A DNA stretch of 63,698 nucleotides, filler included, from Bigelowiella natans CCMP2755 (GCA_000320545.1; 7 parts of 7 records of this genome joined end to end with filler, not necessarily neighbours in it); one strand, 5' to 3'; counted from the first letter of the whole stretch, positions 28,808 to 43,269 are shown. Program-made: numbers and translations. The notes: generated by a model from the sequence alone, not told the origin.

Positions 28808-29646
28808 TGGATGGAGAAATAGCAGAAAGAAAGTTGTGCCTCTGATGACTCGTGCGCTGATTGATCCAACTAAAACTATCATCACTTCGTTGAAAAAACA
28901 ACAACCCTCTCGGTGAAGACAGAGATATCTCTGACTCTATCGAATAGCTCGCCGCCCTAATTTGAGTATCACAAGTACACGTCGTTAGGATAGGCACTGA
29001 AGTTGCTTCCAGTAACATAAGTATTGATACAAAACTGATGATTTCTTTCTCGTTCGCAAGATCATCATCACCTCGCAAAGTTTCGTAACAATGTAGTAAT
29101 ATCGTGACTCTTCCTGAGCTGAGACGAACTCTATGCAGTTTGGGTGTTCCACGTTCTTCAGGATAGCAACTTCGACCTCGTACATGTGCTAAAGAGAAGA
29201 AGGTCAAGGAGAATGGCAGAGCAGGGCGGCATAAATGAAATGAATGAGATGAAGCCGGTTTCTTTGAAATATTGAGAAGCTGATATTTAGTGGTGCACAC
29301 CTTTTGATCGTTGTCGATTCTTTTGTGTCGAGGATCGTATTTGCGAAGTTCCTATTCAATGGTAAGGCAAAGGAATAATAAGCACTTTGTCAAATTTGTC
29401 TACCTGCTCCCAAAGGGAAGAAACTTTTAATTATCAAAAATGGTGATGGCTGTGGTCAGCAAGTTGTTATTCACCAAGATTGTAGCCCGGAGCAAAACAA
29501 GGCAAGATATAGTTTTTGGACGTTTGTAAACGATGGGTTATCTACCTTGACTGCAACTCTTTCCCCATTCTTACCCCGTGTAGCGTAAACAGCACAACTC
29601 ATTCCTTTGGTGAAAATAAAAGACCAAAATTTGGTATGCAACCTAT

Positions 29647-29696
<50 letters not shown>

Positions 29697-29916
29697 CTCT
29701 TTTATTCCTATGCATATGTCTATCCACCTGTGCCCAGCTTTTCTCGCTTGTCATACTGACTCCAAACCGGCGTTTGGTTGGTGTCTGAAAATAGATTGAG
29801 TAGGATTTCGCAGTCATTCTCAGCGAACTGCACAAATGTTGCGTATTAAAATCGAGTAACTCAGTTTCTCTATTACCTCCATTTGGTGCTGGTACTTTAC
29901 TAGCCCCGCAACCCAT
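24983..29916 (-). CDS. CDPK: calcium-dependent protein kinase (kinase + 4 EF-hands, MGC acylation motif)
   Basis: MGCGAS start; EVAILKNVEHPN, GGELFDR, IVHRDLKPEN, LIDFG, AGSPYYVAPEV, DVWSIGVIVYLLLYGVPPF; junction KLKKAVARMIAK; EF loops DKNGDGKLDAEE, DADNDG, DKNSDGKVDADE and DGDGNGKISFDEW. Confidence 0.95.
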
Positions 29917-30373
29917 GTTGAATTAAAACCGAACAGAATACGTGAGGAAAGGCAGCCTGGCTTCTTGATGGGGGGTGCGATGCTGCTTTGGCTGTTTCTG
30001 GGATACCTGACTGGAAAAATATGTGCCAAAAACCATAGTAATTACAAGCCATTTGTTAATAACGACAACAGTAAAATGGCCTTTATAACCCAACGAAAAT
30101 GGGGCGTGAAACGTTCATTTTTGAGTCTCTGGATAATCTCCGGATGCAGATATTAGCCCAGCACCGGGGATATGTGATGGGATCTTCGGAATTGCATTAT
30201 CGGAAGGGAGAGAGTGCGTTTTGTACTGCGACAAAGGATTTTGATTGACGTTTTATAAAAACAGAAATCGTTTTGCGAACAGCCCGAGAGCCGAAAATAC
30301 GTCGCGTCTTTGAAACATCTTCGCCCTCCCCCCCAGCTCCTCTGCACCCGAGGACTATTTTCGCAAAAGAAGG

Positions 30374-33285
30374 ATGGAGGACGACGAAGGCAAGGCTATC
30401 ATGCCTGATCGGAAGCCGTTCAAGACCGCAAATAATGCGAAGGTGTGAAAAAGTCGATGTTGCTCAAACCTTGGAATGCTGAATGCAACCCCGCTGTGGT
30501 GATACGGGAGAGCACGACCCATGCATGGATGACAAATCTCACGCAGAATAAATAGTACCCTCAAAGAACAGCTACGTGTCTGGTCTCACTCTTCGAGATA
30601 CTATGAAGCAGGATGTCTCGGATGTCACCACCGATCTAACTCATGTGCCACCTTACAGCTCTTGAATATCTATCTTCCTCACTCCTTCCTCCTGCCTCTG
30701 CTCTCCGCTGTTGTTTTTGTTGTTGTTGCTACTTCTAATTCAATAAGTTTCGTGGTTGCGGGACTATGCGTATGCCAAGCCTCTCGGTATTATTGATATC
30801 TTATAAGTAGATAAGTAGTAGTGGAGACACAGGACCTGGTGCAAAAGTATTCCAGGGAGTAAAGGGGTGGGGCAACTCTGAAACCCGTGTTATCCATGTT
30901 TATCCCTGTAGAGAACGAACAAAACAGTGAATAATCCGTGACGTTTACATCGTAGGTCCCGAGTTTCAAGGCTGCAAAACAATGGTTTAAGCAGAAAGTA
31001 ATCAGAGACCACTAAGCACCTAATTTACTACAACCCGCCCGTTTGCTACTGTTGGCCACCCCTTTCATTCAACATGGAATGTGAAAAAAAAATGCACCGT
31101 CGGTGTGGACACTGAAGAATCATCAAAGCAGTGAATTATTGTTGTCTACATCATCATGATTATTATTGTCACGCAACGTGTAGGTAGGTGCGGCCGATCG
31201 AACGAAGGAGGGAGAGGACTTCGTGGAAAGTCTACGACATTTAGATAAGACGGTATGAAAACTGATGAGAGAAATAACGGAGCAAACAACATGTGTAAGG
31301 GGCGGGCAGTGATTCTGCTGCGGATTATCACTATTATCGTACACATTTTGGAGCTGATTCGAAGGACAGAAACATGCTTGCCTCTTCTCTCCACGCCCAG
31401 GAAATGGTGGTGGTTTGTTAGCACACACCCGCATGATAGCGTTAAGACGGTGCTAATGATAATTTTCAGGATGCGTACTTGAGGAGGATATTCGTGCAGG
31501 CGAAGAGGTGCCCTGAGAGCTGATGAAAGGAATGCTCGTCGTATTGTTGTCCCTTTGAATGCATGCAGCTTCGCAAGAGAGCAGAAAAGAGTAGCAGTAG
31601 CCTACGTGCATGTGGAAATCGTGTGAGGAGGAAGAGGAGGAGAAGGGGGAGGCCAACGGGCAAAGAAATTTAAATTAGTCCCGAAACGATCGAGCCTAAC
31701 TCCTCCACTCCCCCCCCTTCAGAACTGTTGATCGGTGGCAAAACGCACTTGCTGCAAGCGAAACGTTACTAGAGTATTCCAGAGGAGGCGAGAACAAAAG
31801 CAGCGACGCGGGGGCAGACGGTGGCTCATCTTCAGCAGGAGGAGTCAGTTTATCGGCAAATCTTCCCAAGTATGTGATTACAGTGATGCTACACTGCACA
31901 GCGAGCAAGGATAATAGCCTAGAAATGATTCGTGTCGCGAAAGTGTGAAATGTGGCCATTGAGCTGTTATCTACCTCTTCAGATTTGGCCAAGCAATGGA
32001 TGACCTGATAGAGCAGGATGAGCTTATTAACACAAATATCATGAAATTCAACAAGCTGCACGCAGAGGTAGTAGTAGCCTAGTTGGTGTCTCATTCGTAA
32101 AGAATCGTCACAAACGAATCAATATAAAAATATTAAGAGGAAAAAAAGGGGGGGGGGGGGGAGGGTGTCATCATCTGATTGATGGCCTCCCGTAATTATT
32201 CTCAGGTAGGAGGCGCTTTCGTAGTTATATTATTACATATGAAGCATTGAGAAGGACATGCGCATTCACCAACATGTTGTTATCTTAATAAATATTATGT
32301 AAATAGGTATAGGTATATTTTATTTAAACTTACGTGAAAGTTATAGCGATTTAGGCTTATGCAAATCCTGCGTCTCTCGCTCCCTCCCTCCCTCCCTCTC
32401 TCTTTCTCTTTTCGTGCTACTACGCAGTTGCTAAGAGACCAAATCGAGCGTGTTCTAGTCACCGAAGCAGAAGATGCGTTAAAAGCAAAGCGGGTAGTAG
32501 CCATAGAAGAAGAACATTGCATAGAGATGGTGGTGGTGGTGGTGATGATGATGGTGATAATAAGGTTATTATGGCGAGCTTTACGCACGCTGCCAAAGCC
32601 TGCTGCTACTTATCTATTGTTGTTATTGTTATTTGTTATTATTGTTATTGCAATGATTTTTTTTGGCCTTGAGTCGTTGCATGGCTTTTTCTCTCTACTT
32701 TCTCCTCCTCCTCCTCCTCCTCTCTCTTCTTTTCTCACGATGCGCCCTCTGTTCATGCATCTTCTCCCTCCAGGCGTACTTTCACTCTGTACTGGAATAC
32801 GACGCGTGCAGAGCCAACGTTGCTCATGCGGAGAAGCAAGCGCATCTTGCTCACGGCCCTCCCAATCTCGCTCATGGTGAGCTGCTGCTGCTGCTGCAGC
32901 ATGCTATTATCTTCTGCTGCTATCCTATGCTATTATCACCCGCCTCATTCCAAATATTGACGTTGGTTGTACCTGACGAACAAGCTTCTGCTTCTGCTTC
33001 TCCTCCTCCTCCTCCTCCTCCTCCTCCTCCTCCTCCTACCACTCCCCCGCCACCCCCCCTGCCATTTGCTGCGTCGTATGTGCTCAATTGTCTTCTTCCA
33101 TCGTCACCATCATCATCATCATCATCAGCGAAAGAGTACTTGAGGATGGCAAAGACAGAGTATGAGAACAAGAAGAAATCGGTGATTGTTGATTCATGTA
33201 CCACAATCAGCACCATGATGTTACGCATAAATGCTTCCCACCCCCCACCTCCTGAGCATTCTGCTACGACAACAACATGTAATAT

Positions 33286-33325
<40 letters not shown>

Positions 33326-33695
33326 CGCGCAGGTCCTTAACTCTATCAGGCACCTAAACAGCGTCATCGAGAAAGATTTGGTAGTAGCAGTAGTAGCAGC
33401 AGTAGTCGTAGTAGTTGTAATATATCCATCATCTCCATCCTGATCGATCACAAGGTGTGATGATGCTAGATACGAACAATAATACCGCTGTCGCAGGTTG
33501 ATACGATTAAGGAATATACTCGAAACAAGAGCGCCAGCTACCTGGGGTAAGTTGTCCCCGGGAAAGGAGAAGGGGGGGGGGGGGCTGATATTTTTTATCA
33601 TCGAGAGATTCCGGAGAGAAAAGCAGCCATTTCTTCGGAGAAATAGTTATTTCTTCTCCAACGATATATCTTCCAAAGCGATGACGACGATGGTG

Positions 33696-33734
<39 letters not shown>

Positions 33735-34210
33735 AAGATAGTATCACCCATTTATTATAGCGAGGCTTTTTTGTGACAATCGATTGCTGTATTGATGCAA
33801 TATGGATGGTAACTGTGAGGGGGGGCATTGCTCATCGTTACTATGCGTCATCATCATCATCATTATCATCATCATCGTCGTCATCCGTGTTGTTGTTGTT
33901 GTTGCTGCTGCTGCTGCTGTTGTTCCGCCTATTAAATCTTAATAGACTAGGAAAACATCTGGAGGATCTTCAAGAATCGCTCTCACAGTAAGTGAGACAG
34001 CGAAAATCTGTGCTCCGCAAACACGCGTGCACGCACGCACTACCGCTATATTATTAACGCTATCATCACTTACGTTCAGGCGTCGGAAAGAACGAGAGGA
34101 GAAATTAGCTCGCAGCGTCCTTCCCGAGAGGAAAATAAGCGAAGAGGAGGGGGGGAGAGAGAATGGGGACGAGGCTGCTATCGACTCCGGAGCCATTCAA
34201 GTTGAGGTTC

Positions 34211-34249
<39 letters not shown>

Positions 34250-34299
34250 CGGCTGCAAATGGTGGGGGAGGGGATGAGTCGGACCCCATACCAGGGTAA
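30374..34299 (+). CDS. BAR-domain (endophilin/arfaptin-like) protein
   Basis: Exons FKAAKQWFKQK|VGAADRTKEGEDFVESLRHLDKT (N-BAR-like start), helical KFGQAMDDL..., ALKAKRAYFHSVLEYDACR and AKTEYENKK; stop at 34299; start approximate. Confidence 0.7.
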
Positions 34300-34438
34300 T
34301 AAATGAATAATCACGGTGTGTTTTTGAGGATAATGCTGATGCCTTCGTTGATGTTGTTGTTGATGACGATGACGATGACGATGATGATGATGATGATCAC
34401 TGCTGTGTGTGTGCAGTGGGCAGTGTCAGTGTCAGTGT

Positions 34439-34477
<39 letters not shown>

Positions 34478-35193
34478 GGCTCTGGTTGTAATGTCTTCAA
34501 CGCGCATCTTGTGTCAATTGCACAAGTCAGTAGCACTGTGTAGGTGTACGCGGGGTGTTACATGATCGAGGGGTCTATTACTCCTTTGAGTGTTTACTTG
34601 TCTGTTTTCCTTGTCCACATGTCTTTTGATGTGACGCATCGTTATTATTATTATTGTTATTATTATAATGTGGGCAGATATTATGACCATCTGTACACTT
34701 CCACGATGGAACGACGCTATTAAGCGACGGCGATGACGACGAGGCCATGAAGCATTCATATTGTTGGCTCCGGGCGAGATGATCTGGCAGCAGGCGAGCA
34801 CTGTGCGCCTCACTCTGCGGAAAGACGAGAGCAGTTGCGCCGATGGATAGTGGCCATTTGAGCGCCGGCCCTGCTACACAGGCATTCAAACAAGCGGCGG
34901 GGATTATTTGTCCACATGGAAGGATAACCCTACTCGCCATGCATGCACAACAACGATGCGTGATATGATAAAAATATATAACCACAACGTAACAACCTCG
35001 CAATCAGGTCAAATCAACACGACTGCGGTCCATACACGCTCGACATTGCTTGTGCAGCTGACACAATTATACATGGCCATAGCGTATGTAACATACATAT
35101 ACAGGATCACTTCATTATATCCGTAGCGTCTCATACACACAAGACTAGGTATCTAGAAAAGCGCTCGCTTACATGTGCATAACCGTATAATCT

Positions 35194-35280
35194 AGGCATT
35201 TAGCCGCCGCTTTGCACAGCTACATTAGGATGACACATTTGGAACAATTATTAAATATATTTATTACATACGTCTCATAT
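35194..35280 (-). repeat. dispersed ~85-nt intergenic element, copy 3
   Basis: TAGCCGCCGCTTTGCACAGCTACATTAGGATGACACATTTGGAA...ATTACATACGTCTCATA, same orientation as copy 2. Confidence 0.75.
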
Positions 35281-35563
35281 TTATATAGTGTTATCACTAT
35301 AACTATGGCGTGCATGCACGCCAGAAGCGCTAGCTAGCTGCATGCTAAACAGCAGCGCGTTACATGCTTAATCTATCTCTAGACATGTTCCTTTTTTCCG
35401 CCCCCCAAACTAGCCGATCGCCCGATCTTCCCTTCTCTATACATGAATCGTACGCTTGGCATCATACCGGGTTAAATCGTTTGCCGATTATTCTATCTGC
35501 TGTGTACGTAACAGGATACTGTTCCTGTGCTCATTCGCACACATCGATCCGAGGTAGACTTTG

Positions 35564-36192
35564 TCATTTCCAAGCGGATGAGGACTTGTTATTCATCGCG
35601 ACCTCGACGAGCGTGCGGCTGCTGATTTTACTTCTGCTGCGCATCACGTCCAGAATCGAGGCGGCGGCGGCGGTGGCGACGACGACCGCCACTTGCTCCT
35701 TCCACGCACACTACATGTAAGAACATCATTGGTTTGGATCGGAATCAGTTTGCAGTTGAGACAGCCTGCGAAACACCGCAGAAGCTGATAGCGATGACGG
35801 CCGTGTTAGCTTCAAGAACGGATTGTTTCGATAGTTTTTTCTTTTAATTTTTAAACACAAAATGTCGTTTCGGCAGTACACCGCCTACCTGATGTTTTTC
35901 CTTTCTCGCCGGTGCCTCCATCTGGAGTGCTGGCCTGTTGTTGTTGTTGTTGCTGCTGCTGCTTCTTCTGCGGTGGGGATTTCCGCTTCTTGGGCGTCGC
36001 CGAGGGGGGCGGCGAAGACTTAGACGACACGTCAAACAGAACCGAACGGCCTTTCCTGAATAGCGAACACGAAGAGCTCACTACGATGCAGCGTAGTACA
36101 GCCTCTGTGCTGTCGATTCGTAGCCTCGTGAGAGAAGGGGAAATATGCTTTGCGGCGATTGATTCTCGCTATATTTGTTGGACAACCGAATT

Positions 36193-36236
<44 letters not shown>

Positions 36237-36325
36237 TGTGTAAACTACTTACAGATCATCGCCGCAGACAACCCAGCGAGTGGATATAGTACCCCTGAGA
36301 AACATTGTTAATTGGAGATAAGTAT

Positions 36326-36386
<61 letters not shown>

Positions 36387-36676
36387 CGTGTGACCGACCT
36401 CCTCGCCTCGTAGCCCTTCCACAGCTCATACCAGTAGGCCAGAAATTGATACGGCGCATATCGAGAATAATGCTGAGACGGGCGAGGCCGCGGCCGAAGG
36501 GGCATCAAAACAAAGGACAAAAGACACGAGCATCATTCGTTAGTCAAAAAACTGTCGGGGATAAGACGGGGATGGTTCGGAAGAGGGGAAATTACTCTCC
36601 AAAACGCGCACCACACCTTTGCTGCCAGCTTGGCCAGATCGTTCATCTTCAGCCTCTTTGTCACCCGGTGGTGCTC
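35564..36676 (-). CDS. multi-exon hypothetical protein, 3' part
   Basis: GT-AG exons EHHRVTKRLKMNDLAKLAAK|HYSRYAPYQFLAYWYELWKGYEARR|GTISTRWVVCGDDL and a K/Q-rich exon; stop position approximate. Confidence 0.45.
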
Positions 36677-36939
36677 CTGATGAAGGAGGAGGAAGAGAAC
36701 GAAAGCAGGCGCGAATATTGACGAGTAAGAGAGAGAGAGAGGGGGGGGGGGGGGGGGGGGATGTTGTAAAAAAATTCAAGTTTTTTCTTTTGGCCCCCCC
36801 CTTTGCCTAAATTCATTTCTTTTCGGGACACTCCCCGGGAAAATCTGGCCATTTCCCAAACCCCCTTTTCCCCCCCTCCCCCCCCCCCCCCCCCCCCTTT
36901 AAAACGGCCCCCCCTTTAAACAACATCGGGGGGGGGGGG

Positions 36940-37039
36940 NNNNNNNNNNNNNNNNNNNNNNNNNNNNNNNNNNNNNNNNNNNNTTAATTAATTAANNNNN
37001 NNNNNNNNNNNNNNNNNNNNNNNNNNNNNNNNNNNNNNN
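36940..37039. other. artificial contig spacer
   Basis: N44-TTAATTAATTAA-N44. Confidence 0.97.
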
Positions 37040-37121
37040 TGTGTGCAATATCGTAAAAATCCCCATGAGAATGATTGTGCCTGCTGACCTGAGATGATGA
37101 TCCCCTCCCCTTACTACACAG

Positions 37122-38279
37122 ATAAGGAAGGCGATTTCGAGCCGCTCTCTGGCGTCGACGACGAGCTCCTACAACGCCCAACGCGAAGGTACGTTAAGAG
37201 GTGTTTTTGCTCCATTGCTTCACGCTCTTACAGATAAGTGTTTCCTCTCCTCCTCCTCTCTCAGCATTGCTCGCATGGATCTTGTGGAGGTGGTACTTCA
37301 GGCCATCTTCGAGCCAAAGGCAACGTGCCCCCCCCCCCCCCCCTCCCCCCCTCCGCCAGCCAACAACACAAGACAACCCAACCGAACATACAAAAACAAA
37401 CGACGCGTACAATGCTACGTGCCAACCTCATCGTGTGTTCCGAACAAGGCAAATCCAACTAGGAGCGCACGTTGCTGTAAATAACTCGCTCTCATAATAA
37501 ATTTATACAATTGCTGCATTGGTGGTGGTTTGCTTTGCGCAGGCCAGGGGGCGCTCGTTTGACGTTATATCAACTGACACTCCAAGGTGCTGCTCGCAGC
37601 TGTCATCATCGAGGCGGGAAAATCAAAAAACAAGCACACACACACACACACACACACACAGACAGACAGACAGACAGACACATCATCTCCAACTTGATGC
37701 AGGGTCGTTGCATGTCGTTGATATCTTCCGCATGCGACACTGCTGCTGGATAACACGCCCTTCAGCTCGAGACTACCACGTCGGAACTCTTATTTTAAAT
37801 TTCTTGTTTTGTGTGTTCTTACGATCATGCGTCTAGGAACGACGATGTCTACGACTGGGATGGTAATCTACACGTCGGAGAGAGTTTGATGAACGTCACA
37901 GCAGCACTGACGTCGGGTGAATGGAAGCAGCTTGCTCTCTGCTCCTCGACTCGTCGGCCTCGATATAGATGTTTTACTCAAAACACGCCTTGCGTGAATT
38001 ACATTGTGTCCAGAAGGGGGGGCGGGGGGGGTGGGGCGAGTGAGGGTCTTTAAAGAAGAGGAGTCCTGTATATGTTTGTTTTTGAAAAGCCGAGCTCATG
38101 ATATGCCCTGCGATGCATTCCCAGGCTTCTTCGCACAATGCGGGCACTGCGACTATCAGCACCCGGACGTCGAGGCAATTCTCGCCAGGGAAAAGACGCT
38201 CGAGAAGAGGACAGGGGGAGCGACAGCGGCAAGTAGCAGCAGCACCACCAACAGAGCCAAAGAAGCTGAAGTAGCATGA
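37122..38279 (+). CDS. atypical SDR / NAD(P)-binding Rossmann protein (At5g02240/Tic62-like), 3' part
   Basis: LSGVDDELLQRPTR|SIARMDLVEVVLQAIFEPK|ARGRSFDVIS resembles the family C-terminal pattern GxDDELL...IxRxDVAEV.VQA...AxxKxFD. Confidence 0.75.
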
Positions 38280-39156
38280 AAACAGTTGTATAGTAGTAGC
38301 AGTAAAGTAGTGGCAGTAATCATCATCTCATCAGAATACAGCTCGAGGACACACAACAGATACAATCAACAAAAGTATGCGGGATTTATCGGTAGTTAGT
38401 AGCTATTCGTGACAGCAGCTCCCTCATATGCTCTGCCCCGTCGTCGCCGTGATGATTGTGTCTAGCTTCAGGCCGAAGGTGGTTTTTGAGGGATTGCTTG
38501 GCGTATGGCGGCCAACGATCAAAGTGTATCGAGCACTGCATATCTACAGATATGTTATATGTACAGAACAACAGTAGGTTGCGTAATAGAGGAGGTAAAT
38601 TATACCTGCTGAGCATTCGCGTACGCACCTAGACATGCGGTTAGCGTAATAAGCATAATTTTTATGGTGCGTACCGCAATCTAGCAATGCACATCTCTAG
38701 CATCTAGACACGAGCGCTCGCCCGGATCGACTCGAACCCTACGTGTATCACACAATGTGTGCGCTGCAGATAAAGACTAGCGTAAAATGAATAGATAACG
38801 CTTTTATGACCACGCTATAGAATACAAGCTAGAATAATGCTTATACATTGCGCCAGCTGCGCGAGGTCTGCATGTTTTCAAACATCTTATTATGTAGCGC
38901 TACAGCAAGCTACTACATGCATGCGCACGTACAGGTACGTACAGGTACGTACATGCATACACTCATACACTTCTAGACTTACGGCGACCTAGCGATTAGA
39001 CATATTAGCTAGTTAGTCTGCGTGGGAAATTCTAGCTCTTGTCAGAGGGAGTCGATGTGCGGATGGCATGTATGAGCAGGGGTACGATGTTCCTCCTTCA
39101 ACTTTCGGAACATAGCACCACAAATAAACGCACACACACACACACACACACGCATG

Positions 39157-39287
39157 TTAACGGCTCCTAAACTTCATAGCACTAAGATGCGCATTGGACA
39201 TTGCATCGAGATGGTCTAATCGAGCACTCTCGTTGACGTGCTCAAGGATGTCGGGAAGCTTGGAGGTGATGACCCTCATATGATCCT

Positions 39288-39362
<75 letters not shown>

Positions 39363-40931
39363 AGGAAGGAGCAAGGATGGGTGATTAGGCAAAACAATTC
39401 TGCAAGAAACAACCCCCGCAAACACCCTAGCTTCCCTTGGCAGGAAGGACCTCACATCGAAGTTTCTTCTCCCTCCTCTTTCCTCCCCCCTCTCGCTATA
39501 GTTGTGGGGGGAATGTGTGTCGCTGTTGGGGGTACCTCCTTTCCCTCCTCATAAGGGCTGCGATCGGTCTTCTTGTCCTCTTCTAAGTTTCGCTCCACAT
39601 CGTCAATTGCAAAAGAGCTTACTTCCGAGCGCAGACACCTGGGGAGGGAGGGGGGGGGGGGGGGGGGAGTGGGGTTAAGGCTTGCACATTTGCTCTTCAA
39701 ACACCATTTTGGTATGGCAGTTGACTAGATTTAATTCTTGTAAAAATACGATATATCTTCACGGAAGATTATGCAAAGGGGGACGCATGATTCACAAACC
39801 GGCTTGCTAGTTCGTCGCTGGCGTGATTGCCCAGGATCTTTTCGCAGCGCTCGACCCTTTCCCTCACCGATTTCCACGCCTTCCTCCGTCTCTGCTCCGC
39901 CGCCCCGAACGACGACGATGAGGAGTTGTTGTTGGATAGATATTCCAGGATGAGCTTCCCCCCCACCGTCCATTCCTGGAAAGCGCCTTTCCTCTCCGCT
40001 ACTGCGATCGCTTTCAGCTGCGCGACTGCCTTGCCCTCGGCGAAGCTCGAAAGCGCGTGCATGCGCATGAGCAGGCGGTAGGCCTGCTTCAGGAAGCCCG
40101 GCCCCGCTTGTAGGAAGCAGTTGTAGGCGGCCTGGTGGTGGTGAAAGCTCAGCGCTCTCCACGCCATCGCCTCTGCCACCCAACTCGCGCTCACGCCGCA
40201 GCTGTCAAGAAAGGCACCGCCCCTCCAATCCCCTCCTCCTCCTGCATATGACGATGACGACGCCGCCGCCGCCGCCGCTGGGACGCAATGCCGCGTGAGG
40301 ATGTCCCTGACGATATACTCCGCGTCGATGAGCTTTCCCAGCAGCGGGTCACGGCGCGCGTGCATGAGGACGTAAACCGCCCACCTCCACTCGCCCTGCG
40401 CCTCGAGCTGCGCGGCATAGTTGGAGATCAGCACGCCGGCCCTGCCGAACGCCTCGACGCGCCCATCCGCCGACGGCAAGCAGAGCTGCTCCAGCCCTGT
40501 CCCCGAGCGCCGCAGCACCTCGTAGAGGTGCCAGCTCACCGTGTGATCGAGCAGGGACTTGAAGGCCTTCTCAGGGAGGAGGAGGCGCGACAGCCCCCCC
40601 TCAAACGCCTCGCGCTCGCAGTAGAGTTTGAGTATGGAGAAGCGAAGGTCTTGGCCACGTTGTCCGACCCGCACCGTCCTACCCTTCCCATCGACGGCGG
40701 CTGCTGCGTGGGGGGGGTAAGGAGCAACGGCCGGGTGGCGGCCATTATCGTTGGAGTGGTTCTCGTAGCTCTGCACGACAGATTTGAGCGTCTTCTCCCA
40801 CTGTTTGCCGACGACGGCTCTAATGGCCTTCTCCTCGCGAGGGACGAGACTTCCGCTAGCAGCAGCAGCCCCTTGATCCGAGGGCCACGCAGCGTTCGCG
40901 TACCTGTGTTGTTTTCCAGGGGATTTGGATA

Positions 40932-40964
<33 letters not shown>

Positions 40965-41789
40965 AATCGTGAATATGTCCGTGTATGCGTGCGTGCTGCT
41001 GCTGCTGTTCAGCCTACAGACCATAGATGAATTCCAAGAGCCCGCATCCACGACACGTCCTGACAGTGCACGGAGACGTCCCCACTCAGGAGGTGGAAGA
41101 TCTTCCTCAAATCGCCACTGATGCTGATCTTTGTGCTGTCATCCCAGCTTTGAAGCTGCGCGGCCACGTCCTCGTGGCAGAGGCCCGCCCTCGTCACCAA
41201 GACTGAAAGTCTCCAATACTGAGCGTCCCGCGCGCACTTCATGGCTCTATGCAGCATGTGCCCCGTCAGATTACTATAGATCTTTCGCTCGAACGACGCC
41301 CCCCCCCCTCTTGGACTCCTCTATTTCCTCTTGGATCTCGTCCTGGATGGTCTGCTGCAGCCATGCGCCCATCGCTGCGAGCGCCTCGCTCTCGCCAGCG
41401 CCACCGCGCGTCCACAACTGTGAAATGAGGTCCCACACACTTCTCCCCATGCGCACTACGTTGCTATTCTTGAGGCCGCTCGAGCCAGCAGCACCCTTGG
41501 CCCCCACAGCAGCGTAATCTTGACACAGCTGAATAGCAGGCAGTGCTCTACTGCGCCGCCCACTCTTTCTGTCGCCCGCTTTGCCTTTTTCTTCCGCCTC
41601 CTTTTTGCAACTCAACTGGTGCTGCAAGAGTAATCCCCTGCTGTATCTGCTGTCGGCGTGTACCTTGAGTTTGCTTTTCCTCAGCGAGCCGATGGTCGAG
41701 CCTGGGAGGAGCAGGGTGCCGTTTGGCCCCCATCCTACTCGAAACTGGCTCGAGAAGCAGATCGGCTGATTGGGCTGCGACAAGAATTT

Positions 41790-41820
<31 letters not shown>

Positions 41821-42833
41821 GGGACGGCATCATCGTCCATCATCCCCATCATACCTGCTGCACGTTGTTCTCTTTTGTTTAAGATGTGCGGCTCTCTTTC
41901 GAACCCTCGATAGCACGCAGGCTTGTGGGGGGGGGGAGGCCAGTATGGCAAAGGATCCGCCGCTGCTGCAGCAGCCGGGGCGGCCTTGCCGTCGGCTGCC
42001 GCTGCCCCAGCAGCCTCCTCCTCTTCATTTTCCTCCCTCCTTTTCCGCTCCATCGCCTCAATGTTGTCCTCTTGTACCACTCGCAGCGGGTCGTCTGTTT
42101 GCATGTCGAAATGCATCATTTTGACATCGTCGGGAAACAGCTCCTCCCCGCCCTCCTCATCGCCTTCATCCGTCATGTATGGAGCGTATCGGTTGATTTT
42201 CAAGAATTTTTCCTGAAATTGTTCATGCGGATCAAGCTCCTGCTCGTCCATATCATCAACGTCAGCGTGATAACGATCGTAGTCATCCATTCCTAATTCA
42301 TCTTGCATTTCGATTTGCTGCTGCTCATCGGCTTCGTCGTGGATGTTCTTCCCCTCCTCATCGTCTTCATATGAAACTTCTTTTATATCATCATGATGCG
42401 CCTCCCCATTAGTGTCCTGATCTGTCTCAGCCTCATGATCTGTCGGTTGCTCTGTTTAAAGCAAAAGCCATCTTCTTAACGAGAGTACAGCTGATGAAAA
42501 CGTATGTATGCATGCGCATATGCTTACGTGCGAGTGCGTGTGGGTAGTGCGTAAAAATATATGATAGATTATAAATACAAACTACCGATCATCTCCTCCT
42601 CTTCATCGGAGTCTGAGTCACCGAGTGGGACCTCCATTGCAAAGCCTTTCCTGGCGGGGGAGGCATGCTGGACAGCTACTTGCATATTTAGAATATTTCC
42701 ATGCATATCTAGTTGCTTCTTTCCCTCCTTTTCCTCCTCCTCCTCCGGGGGGACCTGCATGGCAAACATATCTCTCCCTCCCCTGTTACCGCCAGGGGCG
42801 AGCAAGGCTTCTGTTGTCTGTCTGGAGTCTTTT
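39157..42833 (-). CDS. NUP96: nucleoporin Nup96 (apparently stand-alone)
   Basis: FSSQFRVGWGPNGTL motif; Nup96 domain YWRLSVLV...VAAQLQSW...LRKIFHLLSG...SWMRALGIHLW; QDLRFSILKLY; YAAQLEAQGEWRWAVYVLMH; acidic N-terminal exons; stop at 39157. First exon uncertain (up to ~43095). Confidence 0.9.
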
Positions 42834-43269
42834 TAACTCTTTTAACGGAACGCTGATCCTGTTCATCTTTTATGCGCGACATAACAATAACTCGAATTAC
42901 GACAAGAATTCCAGGTGTTTTCGTACGCACACCCGCTTTCGATCTACCAGAGAACCCGCACTTTTCGCGGTTTATCGTGCGACGAAGGATGGACAATTAA
43001 TTTCAATTCTGCGACATCAAATATTCCTTGTCGCAGATGGATGATCACAACGTTGCGTCGTCCTTCTTCTGCTGCACGGAGCGTCGTGTTCATGTAGGAT
43101 CTTTTCGGTATGACGTTCTTCAAAGTTCTCCCAATTTGGTTTTTGGTATAAATGGATGATAAATTAATACTGCGACAACAATATTATTATGTCGCATAAT
43201 TCAATTCAGTCGGCCAGCTCGCTCATCCCTGCAGGATCGTCGTTAGCACGCAAGCCCTGATCCTTGTTC

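Noticed and set aside
2382-29916. Calcium-signalling gene cluster (two EF-hand proteins, CDPK)
   Set aside because: The genes lie on different contigs and EF-hand genes are abundant in protists; no evidence of functional clustering.
34578-35003. ORFs between the BAR gene and the next gene
   Set aside because: No recognisable homology or consistent splice structure; treated as UTR/intergenic.
36730-36939. G/C homopolymer-rich stretch (also 48495-48660 and 56480-56644) as G-quadruplex or telomere
   Set aside because: Looks like low-quality sequence beside homopolymers and contig ends; no regular telomeric unit.
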